This document shows positions 9,549-19,584 of a stretch of DNA of 20,000 bases, piece after piece. Both the position numbers and the translations under genes were made by a program. Under the pieces are notes generated by a model. The model saw only the letters and a list, made by a program, of their open reading frames with translations, was not told the origin of the DNA and made no database searches. Each line of letters begins with the position of its first letter. Positions within the stretch are counted from its first letter, which is position 1. This DNA is from Chiloscyllium plagiosum (taxonomy: Eukaryota), in the NCBI RefSeq assembly GCF_004010195.1, contig NC_057720.1:34631647-34651646 (forward strand), given 5' to 3'.

Positions 9549-10572
9549 CTATATCAATAATTTGAATGAGAATGTACAAGGCACGATTAGTAAGTTTGCT
9601 GACGACAATAAAATAGGTGGTATCATGGACAGCGAGGAGGAAGTTTATCAAAACTTGCAGCAGGACCTTGATCCGCTGGGGAAGTGGGCCGAGAAATGGC
9701 AAAAAGAGTTTAAAGTATGTGGTCTTGCATTTTGGAAAGTCAAATCAAGATAGGAGTTTCATAGGGAACGGTAGGGCTTTAAGGAGTGTAGTGGAACAGA
9801 GGGATCAGGTTCACGGAATTCAGGTTCACAGTTCTCTGAAAGTGGAGTCACAGGTCAACAGAGCAGTGAAGTAGGTTTTTGGCCCACTGGCATTCATCAG
9901 CCAGGGAATTGAGTATAGGAGTTGGGAAGTTATATTGCAGTTATACAGGATGTTGGTGAGGCTGCACTTGGAGTATTGTTTCAGTTTTGATCACCTTGCT
10001 ATAAGAAACATGTTATTAAACTGGAAAGAGTGCAGAAAAAGTTTACAAGGATGTTGCCTGGATTCAACCATCTGAGCTATTGGGAGAGGTTGGGCAAGCT
10101 AGGATCTTTCTCTTTAGAGTATAGGAGACTGGGGGGGTGGTGCTATAAAAGTGTATGAGATAATGAGAGGCATGGATAGGGTGAATACACTCAGACTTCA
10201 AACTACCCCCACCACCTCACCCCCCCCCCCCCCCCCAAGCTCACCCCCACCCCATCCCCACCCCAAAGTTGGGGAATCAAGGACTTGAGGGCATCATTTC
10301 TGGGTTAGAGAGGTAAGAGTAAAAGGAAACATGAGGGGAAACATTTATATATAGAGGGTGGTACGCATATCAAATGAGCTCCCAGCGGAAGTTGTTGAGG
10401 AGGGTACATTAACAACATCTAAAAGGCATTTGGACAAATACATGGATAGGAAAGGATTCAAAGGATATGGACCAAGTGCAGGGAAATAATGTTAGTGTGG
10501 ATGGACCTTTTGGTTGACATGGGCAAGTTTGGGCCAAAGGGCCTGTCTCCATGCTATAGGACTCTATGACTC
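9549..10572 (+). mobile_element. CR1 LINE 3' part (RT C-terminus, 3' UTR, tail); likely the continuation of 1078-2084
   Basis: YINNLNENVQGTISKFADD.KIGG, LQQDLD.LGKWAEKWQ, VLHFG, LVRLHLEYC, LERVQKKFTRM and a CTCTATGACTCTA tail. Confidence 0.92.
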
Positions 10573-11360
10573 TAACGTTACTTATCTGAAAACCCAATCG
10601 ATTCTATCACAACTTAATAATATACTCAAAATACTTGCAACATCCTATAAACACCCCCTTGGCAAAAAAGATAAAGTCAAACACAGGTTCTTACAGGAAA
10701 GATGTCAGAGAGAGAGAGGATCAGCATGAAGCTGTCTCTTTGGCTCCAGCAACTTCTCTGGGTTCCCAGCTACAACTTGACCAGCAGCTGCAAACAAAAC
10801 AGCCTGCTAAAACCCAAAACAAATCAGAGAAAATCTGAGCCTGAAGAACTAACCACTCCCCTTTTATTATAAGGTTAGAGGGTGGCACAGTGGCTCAGTG
10901 ATTAGCACTACTGCCTCACAGCGCCAGTGACCCAGGTTCAATCCCAGCCTTGGGCGACAGTCTGTGTAGTTTGTACATTCTCCCCATGTCTGTATGGATT
11001 TTCTCTGGATGCTCTGGGTTCCTCCCACAGTCCAAAGATGTGTAGGTCAGGTGAATTGGCCATGCTAAATTGCCCATAGTGTTAGTCAGAGGGAAGTGGG
11101 TCTGGGTGGGTTACTTTTTAGACGGTTGGTGTGGACTTGTTGGGCCAAATGGCCTGTTTCCATACTGTAGGGAATCTAATCTAGTTGTACAAGTGTGTTT
11201 ATTCAACTTGAAAGGCTTTTGCCTGAGGCAGTAACTGTTGGCAATAATCAAATTGGTCCTAAACCCATACAAACCAGACAATTAAGAACGTCTACTTTTA
11301 TGACCCCTCTGAAAAAAATCAAGGACAGTATTATCTTGTCAAAGGAGCAGCATTGTCGCA
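10573..11360 (-). mobile_element. 5' LTR of Gypsy A, distal piece
   Basis: Aligns by eye to the reverse complement of the solo LTR at 15442-16130 (e.g. CCCTTGGCA.AAAG.TAAA.TCAAA...CTTACAGG..AGATGTCAGAGA; CCACTCCCC). The minus-strand start TGCGACA is at 11360. Confidence 0.75.
10879..11183 (+). mobile_element. HE1-like V-SINE, full length
   Basis: tRNA-derived head with A box TGGCTCAGTG (10891) and B box GGTTCAATCCC (10935), V-domain TTCCTCCCACAGTCCAAAGATGTG, a CR1-like 3' end and an AATCT tail. Confidence 0.9.
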
Positions 11361-12248
11361 CTACATCACACAAATGCTCTTTATTGATAGTCCCTGCTAT
11401 TAGCATGTCATCCAGATAAATGGCAATCTGGGATAGCCCTTGTAAAATGTTCTCCGTTGTCTGCTGAAAAGTGGTGCAAAGCTGATGATACCTCAAATGG
11501 CAGTCTCATATATTGGTACAAACCCTTATGAGCATTAATTGCAACACACGTCTGGGAATCCTCATCTAACTGCAATTGCAGGTCGGCCTGGCTCATGTGA
11601 AAGAGAAGCCCTCCCCCCCCCCCACTCCCTAACCCCAGCCAATTCTGCATTCAGGTCCTCTATGCAAGAGTTGGATACTTATCCAGCTGTGAGAAGTGGT
11701 TTACATTTGTTTAAAATCCCCATGAACTGACTCACTTGGGCTTCACAATCTGTATGACTGGTGCTGCCCATTCCACAAACTGAACTGGTTCGATAATTGC
11801 TTCGCTTTCCAGCATCCTGACTTCCCCCTCTCCTTTTGCATGTAAGGCAACTGGCATGGAGCAGGACTTGCAGAATCATGGAATTGCTCCTGGTCAACAT
11901 GCAAGGTGGCCTTGGCTCCATTGATAGTCCTTAGACTGCCCGAAAAAACTTTCAGGTACTTAATTAAGAGTTCACTCAGGCAGCCAATTTCCAATTGAAA
12001 AATATTAAGCTAATCAAGATGAATCTTTCTCAACCAATTTCACCCCATCAAGCTTAGCTCTAAGCCTTTTATTATAATCAATGATAACGAAACCAACTGC
12101 TTCTCATATGAGACTGGAACTGAAGTTAATCAGTTAAGGTTCCCCTGTATAAGTTCTTATTCCAGCTGAGGTCTTATGCAGATTTATAATTGGAGTCAAG
12201 TGTGAATATTAATAAAGACTGTTTCTGCAATCACTGACACAGCTGCCC
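11361..12248 (-). mobile_element. pol: Old Gypsy element C remnant (protease C-terminus to RT YLDD)
   Basis: AAVSVIAE, LMG.NWLRKI, INGAKATLHVD, WAAPV, SQADLQLQLDEDSQ..VAINAHKGLYQYMRLPF.VSSA, ILQGL...IYLDDMLI. RT follows the protease directly, unlike element B. Confidence 0.85.
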
Positions 12249-12299
12249 AGATCCTGAAGAAAATGTTAACCCTTTAGCCGAGGCTTGGTTTTACTGTGG

Positions 12300-14070
12300 G
12301 ATAGATACTGCCAGGAGTACCATCAGGCATGCTTGCAAATGAAATATCAACCTGGTGAAGCTACAACACAGGAGTATCGCATGCCAAACAGAGGCAGCAG
12401 TATATGATAGAGAGTGATTCCACATAAACAGGTTCATTCTAACATCTGCAGACAGGTCATTTCCAATTACAAATGCTGGTGGGCAATCAAACAACTAACT
12501 GAAGGAGGAGGCTCCACTAATATTGCCATCTTTAATGATGGAGGAGCCCAGCACATCAGTGCAAAACTCAAGGTTGAATTATCTGCAATTGTATTCAACC
12601 AGAAGCACTGAGTGGCTGCTCTCACCCATCTTGAAGTCCGCAGCATCACAGATGGTAGTCTTCAGCTAACTTAATTCACTCCAAAGGATTCCAAGAAAAA
12701 AATGAAGTCATTGGATACTGCAAGGTTTGTGGATCCTGGCAAAATTCCAGCAATTATAGTGAAAATGTGTGCTCCAGAACTTGCTACAACCCTAACCAAG
12801 CTGTTCCTGCACAGTTCTAACACAGTCATCTACCCAGAAATATAAAAAATTGTTGTATGCTCTGTACCCAAAAAAAGCAGGTCACATCCAACTCAGCCGA
12901 AAGCATAACTAACAGTATACTTTTGATGATCCGCACAGTGATGGAAAAGGTAGTTGTCAGTGCTACGAAGTGATTTATAATCAGCGATTACTTGCTCACA
13001 GTGCTCAGATTGGATTCTGCCAGTGTCATTCAGCACCTGTCCTCATTATAGCTTGGTCTAAGTGCAGACAAAAAGGTTGAAATCCAGAAGTGGGGTGAGA
13101 GTGACTGCCCCTGACATCAAGGCTACCTTTGACCAAGTTTGGCTCGAGGAGGTCTAGCAAAACTGGAGTCAATGAGAATCAGGAAGAAAGCATTCTCCTA
13201 GCTGAAATGATGCCGAGTTGAAAGGAAAACGGTTGTGGTTGTTGGAAATCAATAATCTAAACTTACGGACATTACTGCAGGAGTTCCTCAGGGTAGTGCC
13301 TCAGGCTTAGTTATCTTCAGTTGCTTCAACTATGATCGCCTCTCCATCATAAAGATAAAAGCAGAATATTCACTGATGTTTGCAGAATGTTCAACATCAT
13401 TTACACATTGACCAATCAGACTGTAGCCATACCTAAACAACAATTGTGCTTTAGCTGATAAGTATCCAGTGACATATGTGTCACACCAATGCCAGGTTTT
13501 AGATTACTTACAGTGTGGAAACAGGCCCTTCGGCCCAACAAGTCCACACCGACGCGCAACCCACCCAGACCCATTCCCCTACACCTAACACTACAGGCAA
13601 TTTAGCATGGCCAATTCACCTAACCTGTACATTTTTGCATTGTGGGAGGAAGCTGGAGTACCCGGAGGAAACCCACACAGACACGGGGAGAATGTGCAAA
13701 CTCCACACAGAGAGTCGCCTGGCGCTGTGAGGCAGCAGTGCTAACCATTGTGCCACCATGCCACCCACTGTAGGTAATGACTATCTCCAACAACAGCAAC
13801 TCTAATCATTGCCTCATGTGCCATTACCATTTCTGAAGCCCCTATTTTTAATGTTCAGATAGTTATCATTGACCAGAAACTGAACTGAATGAGTGATGTA
13901 AATACTATGGCTACAACAGCAGGTCAGAGGTTCAGAATTCGCTAGTATGTAACTCAACTCTTGACTCCCTAAATCCTGTTCACCATCTACAAGGCTCAAG
14001 AGAGGAATTTGACGGAATACTCTCCTGTTGGATCCATCTCCAGCAATACATAAGAAGTCAATACCATTTG
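12300..14070 (+). mobile_element. Old, heavily decayed non-LTR retrotransposon ORF2 (CR1/L2-group RT)
   Basis: Fragments WWAIKQLT.GGG, CAPELA..LTKLF, DIKATFDQVW (about 13110-13142), GVPQGS (13280) and IFTD. The exact clade was not determined. Confidence 0.75.
13500..13767 (-). mobile_element. HE1-like V-SINE with internal deletion of the B-box region
   Basis: Reverse complement of the SINE at 10879. The join GTCGCCTG|GCGCTGTG lacks the GGTTCAATCC segment. Confidence 0.88.
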
Positions 14071-14712
14071 GAACAAAACTGAAAATGTGCGACAGTAACT
14101 CATTTTTGTGCATATCCATAAGAACAGTTGAATGGATAAGGGTGAAGTGAGTTTATGAACTGATAATGTTTAGAATAGACTCCTGGTGGTCTGCATGAAA
14201 CATGTAGACTTTTAATGCAGAACATGTTAAGATTTTATATAATTGGTGACATCAAGATGTTCTTGCACAGAAACAACACCTCCTTTATAGTTATACCGGG
14301 GTGGGGGAAGCCTGTATATCAGGGGTGGGGGAAGACTCGATTCAATCTTTGGATGCATGCCTCAATAAGCCAGAAAAATGTCACATTCACATCAAATGGA
14401 ATAGTTGGATTGTTAACAGAGGGTAAACCACAAAGATTGGAAATATGAGCATGTCCCATTTCATATTTTATGAGGGTAAAAGTGGGTAATCTGTTTCTGG
14501 GATGGAAGTAAAGATGATTTGTTGTAGTATAATGAAAGGGAAAGAGAAATGCCAAATCAAACGTGTGATCTTTATGATGTTGTTGTAAGCCAAATTTGCT
14601 GAAAACAAAACCAATGAACTTTTTGTGTCTGATGCCTAAGACAATGAATTTATTGTTTTAAAATGCTTTGCTGTGATTAACATTATCTTTTGTACAATTA
14701 GATAATTAAACA

Positions 14713-14817
14713 GTGTAGCTAGAGTGTGACACTGGAAAAAGCACAACAGGTCAGGCAGTATCTAAAGAGCAGGAGAGTTGACGTTTCGATCAGCACTCTC
14801 TCCAGCACCTGCTTAGG
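14713..14817 (-). mobile_element. 105-bp Penelope-like terminal mini-insertion
   Basis: CTGGAAAAAGCACAACAGGTCAGGCAGTATC...GAGCAGGAGAGTTGACGTTTCG resembles 820-877 and 3340-3397. It is flanked by the 10-bp TSD TAATTAAACA (14703-14712, 14818-14827). Confidence 0.78.
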
Positions 14818-15441
14818 TAATTAAACAAACAACCAGATTAATAATTAGCTAATATCTAATTATAAATTCCTCTTGCTAAGTATTTTCTTTACAGTTCAAA
14901 AAGCAATCACATCCACACTGATGTTTCATAATTTATGCTATGCATTTTTAGAAAAACTTTTGAAGGCATGAAAGATTGACTAATGCAGTTATGATGCACC
15001 GTAAATTGGGTTAATTTGCATCTTAACTCCATTTAGGTGCCATAGTTCCTTATCCCCTAATGTCATTGCCAAGCAAAAATCTAACTATCTCCATTCTGAA
15101 ATTTTCAACCAATCCCCTTCAACAACTTTATTGGAGAGAACGTTGCTGATTACCAATACCTCACCACTATGAAGATTGAAGAAGCTGTTGAACGAATTGC
15201 CAACACTCACCTTTCAGTCAGGTATTTGGAGAAAACCTACACCAGTACAACTATGCTCCGGCAAGGAACCATCATGCACAGTGGTGGCAAAAAGAAATGA
15301 TTAGTGAAGACAATTTGGCAAAACAATAAACATATTTTAACGTGTTGTAAAAGCTTAAAAGAGTGACTTAAAAATAAAAGTAAGCACATTTACATGACAT
15401 TGGACTCTTTTTAATGGTTGCATAGATGTCAAAGTTCATTA

Positions 15442-16336
15442 TGTGAAGATATTGCCCGTTAACAAGGTTATTTTGCCCTTGGTTCTTTTAGAGAGATGTC
15501 ATAAAGGCAGAGGTGCTGATATATCTGAACTGGCTACTTTAATAATGGCTAACAGATGCAGCCTAAGTGAACAATCAGAAGAGTCTCAGGCGACTGACTG
15601 TGTGGAGTTTGCACGTTCTCCCCGTGTCTGCGTGGGTTTCCTCCGGGTGCTCCGGTTTCCTCCCACAGTCCAAAGATGTGCAGGTCAGGTGAATTGGCCA
15701 TGCTAAATTGCCCGTAGTGTTAGGTAAGGGATAAATGTGGGGGTATGGGTGGGTTGCGCTTCGGCGGGTCGGTGTGGACTTGTTGGGCCGAAGGGCCTGT
15801 TTCCACACGGTAAGTAATCTAGGTAAAAAAGAGTCCTTTAGGGTTTTTAAAAAATATATTGGTACAAAGAAAGGGGAGTGGCCACTCCTCCCAGTTCAGG
15901 GATTTTTCTAGTTTGGTTTAGTTTTTAGTTTGAGGCTGCTCATCAAAGAAAGATGCTGTGGAAAAATAATGTTCCTGGATTCAACAGAGGTTTTCTTACT
16001 GACTCTTTCTCTGACATCTCCCCTGTAAGTACCCGCATTTGAATTTACCTTTATGCCAAGGGATGTGTTTATGCAGAAAATTGGAACAGCTCTTTGTTAA
16101 CTTAGATCATGTTGGTCAGGTTTTCAAATCGGTGTTATTCTAAATTTGTTTTTTGTTTTGCTTGTGTTGCATTCGGTAGTCTGTAAATAAATTCTGTTTT
16201 GCTTCAAACTGAGTGGTTTGACCAGCTGCATCACTCCTGGAATATCCACCTTGCACCTGCTTAAAACAACTAGGAATGTTAGGGTCTGGGCTACCTTCTT
16301 GAAATGTTTTGAGGGGGTCTGGCCTGGTCCATAACA
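15442..16336 (+). mobile_element. Solo LTR related to the element A LTR
   Basis: TGTGA...TAACA termini, 4-bp TSD ATTA (15438-15441, 16337-16340), AATAAA at about 16186, and homology to 762-1077 and 10573-11360. No PBS follows. Confidence 0.88.
15586..15828 (+). mobile_element. 5'-truncated, CpG-rich (young) HE1-like SINE
   Basis: V-domain and CR1-like 3' end GGGCCGAAGGGCCTGTTTCCACAC; TSD AAGAGTC (15579-15585, 15829-15835). Confidence 0.9.
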
Positions 16337-16821
16337 ATTATTACTCCTCTCAAACTGACACAAACCATTGGAGTTTGCACATGTGTCATTAAATGTGGAA
16401 GGCCAGAAATTGCTATTCATGATTCTGCATTTCTCCACGAGGTGCTCTGTTAAAATCTCTGCCACGAAAATTACAAGCAAGTGGAAATCACAAACATATG
16501 TAAACTTATCTTTATATCATATCAGTCTTGCTGAATAAATCTTGAAAATATCACTGTTCACTGAGGTATAACTGAATGTACTAAATTCATAATCGCAACT
16601 GTGCAGATAAATTGACTTCAAAGATTAAATTTGTAAAATTCTTCCATTATGAGTTTGTAAAAGTTTGTTTATGATGTTTCAAGGTTCATCGTATTACAAT
16701 GTAAATATTAAATAAGATGTTAATTACAAGTGAAAATTGCAGTGCATTTAACTTTCACTCTTTTGTCTGCAATGATACTTTAATGTAACTGGTTGCTTAG
16801 CCTGCTTGACAACGTCATTGA

Positions 16822-16900
16822 AAACAAAAAATGCTGGAGATCACAGCGAGTCACATGGAGAGAGAGCAGGCTAATGTTTCGAGTCGAGATGACTCTTCAC
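16822..16900 (-). mobile_element. Penelope-like terminal fragment of a second subfamily with a partial hammerhead core
   Basis: AAAACAAAAAATGCTGGAGATCACAGC start resembles 3294-3320. The minus strand reads TGA-A-GAGTC-ATCTC-GACTC-GAAACATT, with a perfect 5-bp stem before GAAAC. Confidence 0.6.
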
Positions 16901-16964
16901 TGTTGCTGGAAGCCTGCAGATCCCTTTAACTCAGTGACAGATTCAAGCTGACATTGACGACAAG

Positions 16965-17130
16965 GAGGGAAATTCAGAAACAAATTTGTAAGGAGATCTC
17001 AGTTATTGGTAAGAATAATAGGGTGATTATGGTAGGGGATTTTAGCTTTCCAAAAATAGAGTGGGACTGCCGTGGTATTAAGGGTTTAGATGGAGAGGTA
17101 TATGTTAAATCTGTACAAGAAAATTTCTTC
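16965..17130 (+). mobile_element. CR1 endonuclease fragment
   Basis: REIQKQICKEISVIGKNNRVIMVGDFSFPKIEWD...VQENF; an inverted homolog of about 17475-17640. Confidence 0.88.
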
Positions 17131-19426
17131 AGTCATCCAGCATTCCCTGTACCTACCAGCCTTTCCTTTCACCCTGACAGAAATATACTTTCTCATTTCT
17201 GAAAGCTTCCCATTTTCCAGCTGTCCCTTTACCTGCGAACATTTGCCCCCAATCAGCTTTTTAAAGTTCTTGCCTAAGACAGTTGAAATTGGGCTTTCTC
17301 CAATTTAGACCTGGTCTGTCCTTTTCCATCACTATTTTAAATCTAATAGAATTATGGTCTCTGGCCCCAAAGTGCTCCCCCACTGACACCTCAGTCACCT
17401 GCCCTGCCTTATTTCCCAAGAGTAGGTCAAGTTTGCATCTTCTCTAGTGGGTACATCCACATACTGAATCAGAAAGTTTTCTTGTACACACTTAACAAAT
17501 TCCTCTCCATCTAAAACCTTAACACTATGGCAGTCCCAGTCAATGTTTGGAAAGTTAAAATCCCCAACCATAACCATCTATTATTCTTACAGATAACTAA
17601 GATCTCCTTACAAATTTGTTTCTCAATTTCCCTCTGACTATTAGGGGGTCTATAATACAATCCCAATAAGGTGATAATTCCTTTCTTATTTCTTAGTTCC
17701 ACCCAAATAACTTCCCAGGATGTAATTCCAGGAATATCCTCCCTAAGTACAGCTGTAATGCTATTCCTTATCAAAAACGCTACTCCTGGTCCTCTCTTGT
17801 CTCCCTTTCTATCTTTCCTGTAGCATTCGTATCCCGGAACATTAAGCTGCCAGTCCTGTCCATGTTTCTGTAATTGCTATGATATCCCAGTCCCATGTTT
17901 CTAACATGCCCTGAGTTCATCTGCCTTCCCTATTAGGCCTCGTGAATTGAAATAAATGCAGTTTAATTTATTAGTCCTACCTTGTCCCTGCCTGCCCTGA
18001 TTGTTTGACTCACTTCTGTTCTAAACTGTACCAGTCTCAGATTGATCTCTTTCCTCACTATCTCCCTGGGTCCCACCCATCTTACTAGTTTAAATCCTCC
18101 TGAGCAGCTCTAGCAAATCTCCCTGCCAATAAACTAGTCCCCTTCCAATTTAGGTGCAATCCATCCTTCTTGTACAGATCGCTTCTATCCCAAAAGAGAC
18201 TCCAATGATCCAAAAATGTGAATCTTTCTCCCATACGCCAGCTCCTCAGCCATGCATTCATTGCTCTATCCTCCTATTCCTGTCCTCACTAGCTCGTCGC
18301 ACCTCAAGTAATCCAGATATCACTACTCTCGAGGATCTCCTTTTTAAATTCCTGCCTAACTCTCTGTAATCTTCCTTCAGAATCTCAACCTTTTCCCTTC
18401 TTAGGTCATTGGTTCCAATGTAGACAATGACCTCTTGCTGGCCCCTCTGTCCCTTGAGAACATTCTGCACCCTCACTGAGACATCCTTGATCCTGGCACC
18501 AGGGAAGCAACACACCATTCTGATTTTTCACTGCTGGCCACAGAAACATCTGTCTGTACTTCAGGCTAGAGAGTCCCCTAACACAGTTGATCTCTTGGGA
18601 CCTGACATACCCCTCATTGCATTAGAGCCAGTCTCAATATCAGAAACTTAGTTGTTCATGCTACATTCCCCTGAAAATCCATCGCCCCCTACATTTTCCA
18701 AAACAGCATGCTTGTTTGAAATAGGGATAGCCACAGAAGACTCCTATACTAACTGCCTACCTCTCTTACCTTTCCTGGATTTAACCCATCTATGTGACTG
18801 TATCTGTGATTTTTCCCCCTTCCTGTAACTGCCACCCATCACATAACATTGCTGTTGCAAATTCCTCATTGCTTCTAACTGTTTCTCCAGCCGATCCATT
18901 CAATCTGATAGGATTCGTAGCCAACAGCATTTAATGCAGATATAATCCACAGTAATGTGTAAACTGTCCTTAAACTCCCACATCTGACAAGAAACGCATT
19001 TCACTCTACTAAAGGCCATTTTTGCTCCTTCACAATCTACAGACCAAGAAAATAACACTATCTTATTCCTCTACAAAACACTGTTCCTGCTATGACTTTG
19101 CCCACACATTTCCTCCAAAATCAGTTGTGAGTTTCACTGTTTGTTGATTTTCCCACTCTGATATCCAGCGAATTCAAATAGCAAAGGCAGTAACTGTGCA
19201 GGTTGACTGTGGTGTCAGATCCTTTCTGTCTCCCTCGCCTGCACAGACCTCACCAGTTGGTTCCTTTGTCTGTACCTCTCCCTTTTTAAAACTGCTGTTG
19301 TTTTGACTTTTTTTTCCACCTGGAATTCAAAGAAATCACCTTCAACACCTAAAATACCTCAAAAAACGAGCAGCTGTTACAGCCAGAAATTTTCCCGTCC
19401 TTAATTTTGAATTACACAGAATCCTC
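17131..19426 (-). mobile_element. CR1 LINE 5' half (5' UTR, ORF1, ORF2 endonuclease)
   Basis: ORF2 motifs WDIIAITET, EVIWVELRNKKG..TLLGLYYRPPNS, GDFNFPNIDW and DHNSIRF. ORF1 is described separately. No RT or tail follows in this orientation. Confidence 0.9.
17990..19019 (-). pseudogene. CR1 ORF1p remnant (zinc finger/leucine zipper plus SGNH esterase)
   Basis: ATG at 19019: MAFSRVKCVSCQMWE...YICIKC..LRILSD.MDRLEKQLEAMR, then LGDS (about 18575), CFPGARIKDV, IGTND and VVISGLL. Contains stops and frameshifts; the 3' boundary is approximate. Confidence 0.8.
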
Positions 19427-19580
19427 CTTAAGAGAGAAATCAGGAGGGCAAAAAGGGGACATGAGATAGCTTTGGCAAATAGAGTTAAGGAGAATCCAAA
19501 GGGTTTTTACAATTACATTAAGGACAAAAAGGTAACTAGGGAGAGAATAGGACGCGTCAATGATCAGCAAGGTGTCCTTT
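19427..19580 (+). mobile_element. CR1 ORF2 linker fragment
   Basis: LKREIRRAKRGHEIALANRVKENPKGFYNYIKDKKVTRERIG; homologous to 1658-1800. Confidence 0.88.
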
Positions 19581-19584
19581 AGCA

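Noticed and set aside
10879..10950. tRNA gene
   Set aside because: It is the tRNA-derived head of an HE1 SINE, followed by the V-domain and LINE tail.
16124..16480. 118-aa minus-strand ORF as a host exon
   Set aside because: It crosses the solo-LTR boundary and TSD at 16336-16340 and has no recognisable domain.
16812..16957. CATTGA as TSD of the 16822 PLE fragment
   Set aside because: It is only 6 bp with about 50 unexplained bases inside, so it could be chance.
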